From Conidiobolus incongruus B7586 (Eukaryota), in contig JNEM01013042.1 in NCBI GenBank assembly GCA_000697335.1, positions 1 to 42,439 on the forward strand: 42,439 nucleotides of DNA. Direction: 5' to 3'. Numbering within the stretch: position 1 is the stretch's first letter; each line of letters starts with the position of its first letter. The notes below the pieces were generated by a model that saw only the letters and a program-made list of their open reading frames with translations, did not search any database and was not told the origin of the DNA. Below are positions 26,401 to 39,214 of this stretch, piece by piece. Made by a program: the position numbers and the translations under genes.

Positions 26401-27770
26401 TCATCGAAGTATTAAATTAAATACTATTTTTCTATAGAAAAGATTTAAATTACAGTTAATGGCGTTCCATTTATATCTCTAATTCATAAGTTATAAATGT
26501 TTTTATTTTTTATCTCATATTAAAGATAAATATCTCAGTTATATGTATTATATTGAATATAAGATTAAAATCAAAGCTTGAGGACTATTGATCTTATTAA
26601 TTCTATTAATCCTGTTAACCATATTAATCTAAAGAACTTGGATAGATAAATTAAAATGTATTTTATTTAAATTTATCATAGACCTGTATTATCAATGAAT
26701 TTAATAGCCCATTATATAATATTGCAAGAATATAATATATTAATATTTATATACCAATATGGAATTGGAAAGTGAACAATATATGATTATTTTGAACACT
26801 GCCATTAAAATATTTTTCTAGCTCAAGATATAATTATGCTATTGAAATAAAAAAATATTAAGGATTTTTTAATATTTTGTCATTATTGATATTATTCTTT
26901 TAATTAGAGTATTTTTTAATGTTGATAAAAAAGTTTCGTTGTATACAATTTTTATTTTTTATCAGATTCAAAAACTGAATTTTTAAACATAAAAATATTT
27001 AATTTGAACAACTCAAAAGAAATTTTTACAAAATTTCATGAATTTTGGTACCATATTACATCTATAGATTAAATTAGGTCATCCGAAGCATCTTCAAACA
27101 ACCATCCAAATACTTAAAGGTTCATAGATATAATAAAACTGTGTTCTGAAATCTATACTAATAAACTTTTTCTATAACCTTATTTTTTATTCAATGCATT
27201 TTATATTTATTTGAAGTAGCTTCAACATTGAAATCAAATGAAATGTGCATAATTATCCATTAATATTCATTCATTTTTCAAAATATAACAAAAATTCAAA
27301 TTTTTATTATCATAAATGTGTATAGATGAAATTTCAAAACATGATATCTAATGAATATTATTTTAGATAAGATGAACATCGAACATATTATTTAATATTA
27401 TTTAAAAAAACTTTGCTCAAACTGTAAACCAAAATGAATATAAAATTTGAAGTAATATTCACAATATAGATATATTATATTTATGGATTTAATAAACAAT
27501 GTTATATGCTGCTTCGTATTATTAATAGAATAATACATGAATTTAATACTATTAAATGGAACAATATATGATTGCAGGAAAATTGCAATATTGTTACCTT
27601 TTTGATATGAATTATTTTAATTAAATATTCTTTTATATTTTTATGCATTGCAGAATTATTATTAACATTCACTTACTAATTATAAATTTTTAGGTCAATC
27701 GTTATATAAAAATTAATAATTTGAAATTTTTTAAACATATATTGGCAAATTTTCATTAGTTTATTCTATC

Positions 27771-27802
<32 letters not shown>
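27771..27802. repeat. (TAT)10 microsatellite
   Basis: Perfect trinucleotide run. Confidence 0.9.
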
Positions 27803-27804
<2 letters not shown>

Positions 27805-29887
27805 AGGTAATAATTCAAATGTTTAATTTGGTTCATAGGTATTTATATTCCGTTACATTTGGTCACTCGAATTTATTCATTTCGATGGTACTTTTGAATT
27901 AATATAATTTTTGTGAAATAATGATATAAAGTTACTACTATGAAATATTATATAAATTGCCAAATAGAACTTTTAAACTCATAAAAACCCAATATATACA
28001 TTATTATGAATCATGGTCATATAATAATTTGTTGTTACATTTCAATCAAACTCATAATCATATAATTCAATACTTGCAATTAAAATTTTTTGAATATGCA
28101 TATTTCTAATGTAATTTGTAATATTGGCGTAAATAAAATGTTAATCCATAAATTTAAGTGAAAAATCTTAGTTTAATGTTATATCAATTTTAAAGAATTT
28201 ATATAACCAATATATTATTATGGATTTTGTTTCATATTAGGTTTATTTTGGGCTGATGGTAATTATATGCATGAGACTTAGAGAATATGGTTTGATTTTT
28301 CCATATTGATTGGAATCAATAGTAAAAGCTTTGATCTATTATAAGGTTAGTATTGATGAAAATTTATATTTTAATATAAAATCGATCATTTTCAAAGTAT
28401 TTAAAATATAAAATATGGTGTAAAATAAAATAGTTTAAACCTTACTAGTTATCCTCCAAATAGAAATTGCTTATGAAATTCATATATCTGAAAAAATTAA
28501 TCCATCTCCGTCAAGTCAAATTTAAAATCCTCCCAAAATCAGAATTTTTCACAAATTAGATTTTAGTTAATATAGTTACAAAATTTAATTCTTTAACCAC
28601 TTGTTTAGGGGGGAGAGTTTAACAGTATAAAACCCTCTATATATTAGATTTTTTCGCTGTGATTGGTTAATTTTATCATAACAGTGTAATATTCGAGTAC
28701 GTTAAAGTTAACTCGGATATTATTAAAAATAGGTGCCCAAAGCAACTTAAGCTTTGTTAGTTCATGGGCTACTATTGGCAATGCCATAACTGTCTATTTA
28801 CGATTAGTTCTGTATTAATTCGTTTTGTATTTGATGATGAAATTGGCAACTTCCTTTACATCGGGTATTATATCTATTAATATAATACATACATGCATGC
28901 ATATAGTGGATAATTTGAAATATCTCTATGCTATCTTGAAATGTAATTCATCGCATTCGCGATCAAATGATAAAAAGAAATGATTTCATAATATCATCTT
29001 ACATACCTATTTCTGAAAATTTAACTCTTTATCAATTTAATATTTTGTCTTTTAATATAATATATATTAAATGATACACAATTTTTCTTTTATAATAAAG
29101 GGTTTACATATTAGAAAATTTAAAATTTCACTTCAAATTTTAAAAGACAAAAATTGATCAAATTGAAAATTATTTTTATAAGGCTTGTTAATTACACAGA
29201 AGGCATTGATTAACAGTGTGTAACGTAACATATTAAAGCAAGTTGACAATTTTCCGAAACTTCAACCGTACGAAGAGAAGGTTTCAAGCTGATAAAGTAG
29301 AAGAAAATTCTGAATCACTCTGAAGATCAACGGAAACAATTGCTTAGGTGGGAGTTTTCAGAGAGATGAACCAGATGGATTCATTTATCTAGCTTCAAGG
29401 TTCAAAAGGGATCATAGTAGGTAGTAGATTTCACCTATGTATTCATGCAAACTGCAAATGTGGTGAACCGATTAGGACCTGGGTTGAATCTCCGATAGCT
29501 CTAAACATTTTCATCCCTTCAGTTTATTATTAACAAACGTCAAAAAACTATAATCTGAGTTTATTTTTCTCTTCTCGGAAAATCAATACAAAAAAGTGAG
29601 GTAATTTAAACTTTATGCAATGCATTGATTCCTAAATTTAGTAACTAAAAATCACTAATCAAGTTAATTTTATTTGTTAAAAATTTGATCAAAATTAAAT
29701 TTCAAAGAGGATTGTGGTCAATTGAGATGAGATGGGTAGAGGAATTCATTAATTAAAGCAATCCACCGCCTTAACTGATTTGGTAGTTCTTCTCGTTTCA
29801 TATTAATTGGTCGATTTTTAGATCGGTATTTAAGGATGCTGATAATCTTTATTTTTGTAACAATTGTTTTTTCTTTTTATTATTTTT

Positions 29888-30844
29888 ATGACTGCTGGCC
29901 AAATGTTGTCGCCTAACGGCCATTGCTTATGGCTGAGTAATATACATGGATGCATTGAGTCTGCAATCTTGCAAACGTTGGTCCATATTCAGCTCTACTT
30001 AATGATATTGTTAACAATTATTGGTGTAGTGATTCTCATTTTAAATTATGTTTATTTTGGTCAGAAATTGTTAAATAAAACTGATAAGGGCTACCAGCCT
30101 AACTCTATCCAATGTATACTCACATTTTGGACTCCTGTTGCAGCACTTATGGCTGTGCACAAGTTCCTAGCGCTGTACGATTTTGCTCCTTCTTACACTG
30201 TTAGAATGGCTATTGAGAGCGTTACTTGGTGGCTATTGTCAATAGGAGCTACTTGGTATGCGTTGGGCGTGGTGCTCACAATTCCTGTCACTTTTTCTTA
30301 CAAATACTATCAAATCTACCCCAAAGAAATTCCAACAACCACGCTTTTGTACTTACCCTCGCCTAGAGCATCCAGAATTATTTTGTTCTTTACATTTTTT
30401 GAAATGTTCGTCATGTGTGTTCCATCATCCATCGTTGCTGGATATTTCTTGGATCAAGGTGATCTTCCAACAGCACAAGCTCTAATTATTGTTAACCATG
30501 TATTTGGTAGCTTGATGTTCTTGATCACCTCAATGTTAGGTTCCTACTATGGTTATAAAATCCATCTAATCAGGAAATATTATAAGAATCCCTCTCCCAA
30601 AGTCTCTCGCGGTTTCCGTCGCCTTCGCAATAGTTTTATCATAATTGCTTTGTATGCTGGCCTCTCATCACCAATGTGGCTACTAGTCATTACCAACTAT
30701 ACTCTTGAATATAACAGCAACCCCTATCTCTATTGGTTCCTAGTCGCTTGGTTCCGCGGTGGCTTAACTTTGACGATGTATGGTATTTACATTACATTAT
30801 TATTTAACTTGATTCAAAAACTTCGCAACCTCAATCAATTATAA
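29888..30844 (+). CDS. Seven-transmembrane GPCR-like protein of unknown family, intronless, ~318 aa
   Basis: The first ATG is at 29888 (the ORF track starts at an upstream TTG). There are seven hydrophobic segments, an N-terminal CLWLSNIHGC cysteine pair and a basic third intracellular loop (RKYYKNPSPKVSRGFRRLR). Coding-like GC content. Confidence 0.8.
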   Translation: MTAGQMLSPNGHCLWLSNIHGCIESAILQTLVHIQLYLMILLTIIGVVILILNYVYFGQKLLNKTDKGYQPNSIQCILTFWTPVAALMAVHKFLALYDFAPSYTVRMAIESVTWWLLSIGATWYALGVVLTIPVTFSYKYYQIYPKEIPTTTLLYLPSPRASRIILFFTFFEMFVMCVPSSIVAGYFLDQGDLPTAQALIIVNHVFGSLMFLITSMLGSYYGYKIHLIRKYYKNPSPKVSRGFRRLRNSFIIIALYAGLSSPMWLLVITNYTLEYNSNPYLYWFLVAWFRGGLTLTMYGIYITLLFNLIQKLRNLNQL

Positions 30845-31490
30845 AATCAGTTTATTTAAACCTATGCTACCATACACCATATCGTTGAATACTATCTATT
30901 TAAAAAAATAATGTAAATAAATATTTTATTAACTTAATAATAGAGTAATATTGGCTAAGTATGTTTTAATTATGACTATTATTTTTATATTTTTTAATTC
31001 ATAAAAATTAAGGTGGTCAGGTTTATATTTAATACATCTTAGATAAAAGTTTAAAATTTGATAATTTTCTCAATTTTTTTTACAAATTCACAATATTACT
31101 TTCAAAGATATAACTCAAGAAATAGTGAGTACTGTAACTCTGACATTATATCTTTTAGAAAGAATCTAATCAACCCCCAGCAACTAAGAATTCAATACAA
31201 TAAAGCTTAATAATATCATCACTTTTAACTCACCAATTCTTAATAACACAAATTAATTTCTCAAACTGAATTTTTAGCTACAGAAATCATAAATATCTTT
31301 CAACAATTGGCCTCTAACAAATAAACAAAATACCATCTTAAGAATTCCCAAAGCTCGAATTTATTCTCATTTTTTTCAGTAATTTGACAGAGTTGATATT
31401 ATTTATATTTATTATCTGAAACTTGTATTATTCAAATGAAATTTTAATAACTGAATTTGCTTGATTTTCTGATACATTTCTTAATATTCT

Positions 31491-31528
<38 letters not shown>
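31491..31528. repeat. (AAT)n-(ATT)n perfect 38-bp palindromic microsatellite
   Basis: taataataataataataat is followed directly by its reverse complement attattattattattatta. Confidence 0.9.
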
Positions 31529-31529
<1 letters not shown>

Positions 31530-31855
31530 AATTTGAAGTAAGGAAATTGAGTTAGTTTTTAAGATTATTTTTTTTATTTTGTTCATTATGGTAAAATATA
31601 TTTTGAATAATTTACTAATTTAACTTAAATCTCAATTCATAAATCAAATTTTTTATTACTTTATAACTTCATAATACTTTTTTTGGATCAAGAGAACAGT
31701 AAGCTTTTTGTTTATTATCTTTTTAATTTATTGAAAGTTTAATATTTGGGATTATTAAATTTGGATATTAATAATGTTTAAAATTTACAAACAATAAAAT
31801 CAATTAGAATAACTGCTGAAAAATATTAATTTCATATTAAATTAATAGAGGTAAT

Positions 31856-31915
31856 ATATTATATTATATTATATTATATTATATTATATTATATTATATT
31901 ATATTATATTATATT
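31856..31915. repeat. (ATATT)12 pentanucleotide repeat
   Basis: Perfect tandem run. Confidence 0.95.
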
Positions 31916-32379
31916 ATGTAGATTAAAATAAAGAGTTCAAAAATTTTTTTAAATAAAATCGAATATAATAATTTAGATTAATATCATTTAAATTGATTTA
32001 TCAAAGTATTTAATCATCAATTTTTAAACTTTGAAAAATTTAAAATATTTAATATTATTAAAATAAAAATAAAATCAATTTTAAATAGTTAAAAAAGATT
32101 GAATAGTATTAAAATTAACACTAGATAAAGGAATTGTACAAGTATCATATTATCAGAAAAAATGTAAATATATATACATATATTTATAAGAAATATACAA
32201 TGAGTAAAAAAGTCATTATAACTTGATTTATTGAAGAATATCAAAAACAAGTATAAAATTTAAATAAATATAAATAAACAAGATATAATATTAATAATAT
32301 TTAAACATAAAAGAACAAGAAAATGAAAAATGAAAGTAATTATTCCAAATATTACTTTTGACCAGTTATAAAAGATTTT

Positions 32380-32684
32380 TGTCACAGATCTTACTGGCAT
32401 TACCACTGAAATCATGATCTACTGGGAGTCGTCACCAATCCATAACCCGCGCAACTAGAACTGTACTGTTATTGATAAGTAGATTACTATAAACAGAAAT
32501 ATGTTAGGAACAAATATATGGTTTATTGTAGATATTAGACACAATAACAAGCCAAAGCTGAGTTATTGTACCAAAGATGGTATTTATACAATAATACCAG
32601 TATTGAAATAGAGTGATGTACACATGTTAAGATTCTATTAATAGAATATCATGAGATTCAAGAAACACCATCAGATCAGTCACA
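32380..32684 (-). mobile_element. Probable solo LTR immediately upstream of tRNA-Gly (alternative right end 32693)
   Basis: A ~305-bp GC-richer island with TG...CA termini (TGTCACAG ... CAGTCACA). On the minus strand a TATAAATA (32588-32581) precedes AATAAA (32527-32522). The flanks are ATTTT and GCTTT, an imperfect 5-bp TSD differing by two transitions. Confidence 0.5.
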
Positions 32685-32694
32685 GCTTTAACAA

Positions 32695-32765
32695 GCAATG
32701 GTGGTTTAGTGGTATAATTACCGCCTGCCACGCGGTAGACCGGGGTTCGATTCCCCGCCATTGCA
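32695..32765 (+). tRNA. tRNA-Gly (anticodon GCC), intronless
   Basis: Acceptor stem GCAATGG/CCATTGC plus discriminator A, D-loop TAGTGGTA, anticodon arm ACCGC-CTGCCAC-GCGGT and T-arm CGGGG-TTCGATT-CCCCG. A downstream T-run follows. Confidence 0.97.
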
Positions 32766-35700
32766 TTTAATATTATTAATTTTTTAATAAAATAGTTTAA
32801 AGTAATATATAGTTTATTTCACTTCAATATATCAAATTTATTTATATCTATCTCACATTAACTAATTATAATTATTGATAATTTTTACCATTAAATTATT
32901 AACTTTTTGTTCCAAATTTCAAATTAAAATCAATATTATCAAATAATTTATATTCATATTTAGCTATATTAAAACATTAACAGCAGAATTTTTTAAATAT
33001 ATTTATTTCTATAGTTTTTTTCAAGTATTATCAATATAATGATATTGAATATATTTGAAAATACTTTCAATTCAAATTTTTATTTAATTACATTAATAAT
33101 TTCAAATAATAAATGATAATTGAGTCTTAATTGACTTTATAAATATTAATATTTTATATATTTATAAAACACCTTAATTATTGAACTTCATGATATTGAA
33201 TATATAACTTTTATCTTAAACAGATTTATTTACTATTTCATATATAATTACTATTGAGTTCAATAATAAATTATTCATTATTTAAATTCAATTTGCAAAA
33301 ATCAAATCAAATCAAATATCACTGGATCTGTAATTCAACCAAGTAAATTTAAAATTTATCAAATATTCAAAATTAAATAGTTAAAATAATATATCTGTAT
33401 AAATGGTGATTTATTCTATTTACTTTCTGGTATTGAATGTTATCAAATATATTCAAATCAAAAACTTTTAAGATTAATATTTCAAATATTTTTCAATTTT
33501 TTGTATGTGTTATATTTGAAAACTTCAGTTCATCTCAATTCCATAAATTCAGACATTGTATCTTTTTAAATTGATTATTATTAAACTCAGGTTTAATTAT
33601 TTACATCATATCTTTAATTTATAACCTTCTTTCTTGATAGAATATCATTATTGTATAACCATTAAGTTAATTTATAAAATTTTATTGACCAGATTTAATG
33701 ACATTATTCCTAGGACTCTACCTTGCAATAAAACTAATCAAATATTGATATTAATATTTTACTTTATATTAATTTTAATTAAATCAACTATACAATTTAT
33801 TGTACTATTTATTTATTTCAAAATATATTGATTAGTTAGCTAGTTTTTATATTTTTGATCAGTAACAATATTTTAATATAAATTGATAATTATATCATAA
33901 ATTATAAATACGATTTAATAACTTTTGAGTATTAATTAGAGTTTTGTCAACTAAATATAAACTCTTAATAAACAATACACACATTCAAGGTTGTTAGTAA
34001 ATAAAACTAGAATTTTAACGATATATTTATCAGGTCAAAATATACATATATGTTAGCTTTTAGTGAAGAAACTGCAATTATTTTATATTTGATAATTTTA
34101 ATTTTATTTAGAGTTTGAATATTTATCAAAAATCCAATTGGTCATTTTATTTGTAGTGAAATATCGATTCAAATATATACAATTTGTTTAATATTTCAAA
34201 CTATATTTCAACTATTATATTCGATATTTGCATTACTTAAAAGAGATCGATTCTTTATTCTGAATATTTATGAATAACTTTGCTAATACCCATTTAAAAA
34301 CTATTTATTTTATCAAGTTCATATTGGAGAATAATTCAAAGCAATCATACTGACAATTGAACAATTGTTTAAAACAATCCATACAATGCATGTTATATAT
34401 TATATATTAATTTCTTAATATACCAACTCTGTTAATAAAACTATTTTAGAATAAACATTTAAACCATTAGAAATAATAGATAATTCATTCCAGAATATAA
34501 AAAAATCAATTAATTACTATGAAAAATTATAATATCAAACAAACTTAAAATTTGTTATATTACAATGAATTCAGTAAATTAATAGTTCAACATAAATTAT
34601 TACTATGAATGGCTGTTAATAGGTATTATCAAATTAAAAAAGTATTAAAAAGTGTGAGAACAATTATATATTCAAAAAATAATTTAAAATTAATTAAGTG
34701 AATAATTATCGAAGTCAATTTAATATTAAGAACTGAGAAATAGTTCTGATTTTACTGTTTTAATACTAATTTTTGATTACTTTTAATGTTATTTGAAATT
34801 TAAATACTGAGAAAAAAACAAATATCTTGATTAATTATGATGTATTATTGAATATCGAAATATTATAAATATAATAAAATATTAGTATTTTGTGATCTAA
34901 AATGGTATTATTTTATTATATTATAATAACTATGTATATTTCAATAGCATTATATTGTGTTTCATATAATTTTGCAATATGAATATTATTTTGAATTAAT
35001 TCGTCGCAATACTTTTTGATCAAAATTCAAATCCACAATTTTTCATAAAATTATAATTAAACCAGATTCATTAAAATATAATATAATTAATGGATTTTAA
35101 TTGGTTCATAAATAAATTAATTATTAAAAGATACTTGAAGTATATAAAGACACCAGATTAGGGATTTACAACTCTTATTTTTGTTTTCAATCACATGAAT
35201 TATATGGATTGTTTTAATCAATATATCTAATAATCTTAACAATCTATTATTTAATATAACGTGATTACTTGTAATATTAAAGTTTGTACTTATGATTTTA
35301 TTGAGTTTATTGATAGTCTTAATAGATACTAATTTTTGATCTGGATTAGATTTGATTTATTTGAATTGTTTTTGAATTTAATCTGAAATTATCTTTTTAT
35401 TTGAGAATTGAAAAATAATGGCACACTCCTATTTCTCCAATAAGAGTTTAAAATTATATTTTCTTATTCATACTGATTGGATTGTTTTTTTAGAAAATCA
35501 AATCAGGATATTAATAATGATTGAACTCCCATTTCTGGAAATGGAATGAGAAATACTGAATGAACCCATTGACCAATTAGATTGAATTATACAAAATAAT
35601 CCATGATGCTCATTGGACTAACTACCAATAAAATTTTTCCACAAACATAGTAAGTGTGATCTTTTTGTCGATTGACTTAGTTTATAAAGCATTGATTGGT

Positions 35701-36253
35701 TCAATATGAATGAAAAAAATTATAAAAATTTTATTTAACACAATTTAAGTCATTTACTCCAAGTAGAACGATTAGGAAGACTCTGATATAATATTGGTAT
35801 TTTTACAAAATTTTAATTATAATAAAAAATTCAATTTTATTCTCTTAAAATTTTAAGAGTAAAATTATTTGATAATTTTAATATCCTCTTTTATTTTTTA
35901 TACCTCGTTATATTAAGCACCTACAGCACCATTCGTTAAATATCTACTCTGTTTTATTGGTTTCGTAATCTCTCTTTTGATTCATTACCCACTTTAGGAT
36001 CCCTGCCTACATTGCTTTACCACTACCAACATTTGTATACTTTACAGCAACTAATTTAAATATTATTCAACTTTGCTATTATTCCAAACTTCAAAATATT
36101 TTACTAGCTGGTTCATTGCAATAACATATTCAACTTAATAATTTATTTATTATAACCACCTTATTAATAATAACTTTATAAATACAAAACAACAGTTTTT
36201 GCTCTAAATATTTTAATACAAAAAAATAACAACAACAAAATTTTTACTATAAC

Positions 36254-39214
36254 ATGGCCAGTACTTCTGAAGATGAAGATCAAGGAATTATTCGTTGCAT
36301 CTGTGAATTCACTCATGACGACGGTTTTACCATTCAATGTGAACAGTGCTTCGTTTGGCAGCACGCTGCTTGTGTTGAAATCGATCAGAATAACGTACCT
36401 GAAAAATACCTTTGTGAAGAGTGTTTCCCCAGATACTTAGACCATAGAGTAATTATTGACTTTTTATTAAATATTTTGAATTAATTTGATAATAATATTT
36501 TTTTATTAATTTAGAGAGCTCATGAATACCAACTTGGTTTAATACAAGAAGATAAACAAAAGAGAAAAATGTATAAAAAGAGAACTGCTGGTAAACCCGG
36601 TAGGAAACCTTCGAATCCATTTGGTCTATCTAACTCTACAACGACAACGACGAATACTGTAGGTCGACGAAAAAAATACAAAATTAAAAATTCACCGAGT
36701 TTTATCGACGTTCCTTCTTCTAGAGTGTCTTCTGACGAATTAGGTCCTTCTGAGTTTATAACATATTCTACAACAAAAGTTCAAACTTTTGTAGAACAAG
36801 TATGTGCCAGATTACGTAAATTGCATCCCTCACTCAAGAGTGAAGATAATTCTGAAATTTCTACACCTCAAGAGGATAATACAGTTGAAGAAGATTTGGA
36901 GGCTTCCCTATCTTTGATTTCTGAAGAAGACCTCAAGTCTATCGTTATTGTCAATGATATTAATCCTACCCCACTTCCCCAAATTTCTTCTTCTTCTTTG
37001 AACGGCTCAACAGGCCCTAGAGCTCCAAGAGGTTTATTCATAAAAGAAGAAGTTGAACCTGGTAGACTTGTAATGGAATGCAAAGGAGAACTTAGCTTCA
37101 AATCTCAATATAAGCAAAGCATTAGCAATTTATATCTTGTACTCGGTACCCCACAACCTCAAGTGCTTTTTCACCCAAATTTAGACCTTGTACTAGATTG
37201 TCGTGGTCAGCATCATCCTTCAAAATTTATCCGAAATAAATGTGTGCCCAACGCTGAACTACGGACTTTTATCCGTACCTCAGATTTGAATACACTTCAT
37301 CTAGGCATATTTGCTACGAAAAATATTGAACCAGGTGAAGAGGTATGTGTACCATGGTCTTTCTGCCAGGAGATATTTCCACCTGGTTTTCCTTTCGCCA
37401 ATCCACAACAACTCAAAACTAACTCTATTACCTCCTTTGAAACTGCTTACAGTTTAGATGGTCTTAACTTGAGAAGCGATCATTTCGATACTTTATTAAG
37501 GCAAATTAAAAGAGATAATTGCTACTGTAACGACCAAGACGATTGTTTAGTAAATCAATTTTTCCAATATCGCAGAGTGTTTTGGGATAGTAGACCAAGG
37601 CCACGTAGCAGAAGACGTTCTACATCTTTTTCAGTTGATAAATTTCCCAAGAAGTCATATCCTACTAATACAGATTTTAGTGGCACTTCTCGAATTCATG
37701 ACTCTCGAGCAGCTTCTCCTGATTCTGATGCTCAATCTGGTGACTATACCCCTTCGGAATCACATCATGACAAGTTTAGTAATTCATCGGATTCCAAAGT
37801 TAATTCTCCGGTAGAAACAAGAACTGTTATTGAAGAAAAAAAAATACACCGAAGACCTGGAAGACCATCTAAATCTTCGAAGCTCGCTGCCAAAAATCTT
37901 ACCAAGAAGGTCCGCTCTTCATCCTTTATAGACTCTTCAAAGAGCAAAGTTAAATTAGAGAACGAGCTTTTTGGAACAGATGACAATAATCATCTCTTAT
38001 ATGATAGCGGAAAATCTACTCACTCTTCACCACTTGATGTAGTTCAAACACCTGATCCACCACTTTCAACGACCATCCCATTAATCCCTAGCTCAGTTTT
38101 TAACAAGAATGAATACTCGTGTCTTGGCTTGAAAAAGTATTGGAAAACTAGATATATGGACCAGGTACAGAAACAGACCAAAAGTGACTTGCAATCCAAT
38201 GTCGTTATAGATCCTATAGACGTAGAAGACATTTCCCTTACAGTTGTTGAAACTGAAACTGAAATAGACATTCAAAAAACTAGTATTAAATCCCATAGAA
38301 ATCCCACCAAGCATGTATCCCCCATAAAGTGCACGACAGAAAACCCTAGTCACTCTCCGAAACCTGCTCCTAAATCCAAGTCACCAATACCAAGTACTAT
38401 CAATTCAGAAGCTCCAAATAGCTCACATCAAGAAGCTAGCCGCCCTTCTTCAAAGGAAAAAACATCTATCGCTAGCACCGCATCCAAGAGGCGCAATTCC
38501 CAAACAGATATTACCGTTGGCGAGTCTTTGGAATCTTCTAAACATGGTTCCTTGCCAAAATATCCCAGATATAATGAAGAAGAATCTTCCAGTGGAAATT
38601 TTCGAGGTTCTACTAAGAGTCATGATTCCAACTACTCTGGTAATAGCTTTTATTCCAAACCAAACCATTACAAACGGGAATATTCTAATGGTAGCGGACA
38701 TCACAACAAGTCCCCTGGTCATGACAATACCTCGAGATCAACATCTCACAAATCTCCCCATCTTTCCCACTCTATGAATATGCACCATAATAACAGCTGG
38801 AATTATCCTAACTCCAGCTCTAATAACGATCATAGAGAGAGTAGTGATTACGACAGGAGGCACAATGGATGGTCTGATCGCTTTGGAGATGATGGATATT
38901 CTTCCAAGAAGAAATTAGGTTCATCCCACTTCAGCTCCAACCGCTCTTACAACGACTGGAACAAGCTTTCTTCAAGTCATTCTTCCCGTCCCTACAAATA
39001 TTCAAACGGCCACCACAATGACTCTTTCTCATCTGACTGGAATTCTCATTCTAGATCCGCCCAGCCTCACCACAGATATCTAGGCCCTCATGGAGACATG
39101 CGCTCCAATATTCGTAACCCAATGAAGCTACCCAAGTATAGCCGACCACTCTCTCATAATGATAACTACTCTCCGCCTCACCAAAGCGATGTGAATACTA
39201 ATACTTATTCATAA
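36254..39214 (+). CDS. SET3: Set3/Set4/MLL5-family PHD-finger + SET-domain chromatin protein, 2 exons: 36254-36448, 36515-39214; ~964 aa
   Basis: Exon 1 encodes a PHD finger, IRCICEFTHDDGFTIQCEQCFVWQHAACV...YLCEEC. A phase-0 intron (36449-36514, GTAATT..TTAG) joins it in frame to the 881-aa ORF. The SET domain RGLF...ECKGE...KFIRNKCVPNAE...GIFATKNIEPGEEV is followed by a long low-complexity tail. Confidence 0.9.

Noticed and set aside
28597..28620. Polypurine tract AGGGGGGAGAG as a retroelement PPT
   Set aside because: It is not followed by a TG-starting LTR and there is no upstream pol relic.
3829..33831. Short AT-rich ORFs (3829, 5714, 7291, 25787, 33634) and 1182-1376
   Set aside because: Low-complexity I/K/N/F/L/Y composition, mostly non-ATG starts and no motifs; expected by chance in this base composition.
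4406..38777. Antisense or alternate-frame ORFs overlapping the receptor, PMI, 7TM and SET genes
   Set aside because: These are shadow ORFs of real coding regions with no independent support.
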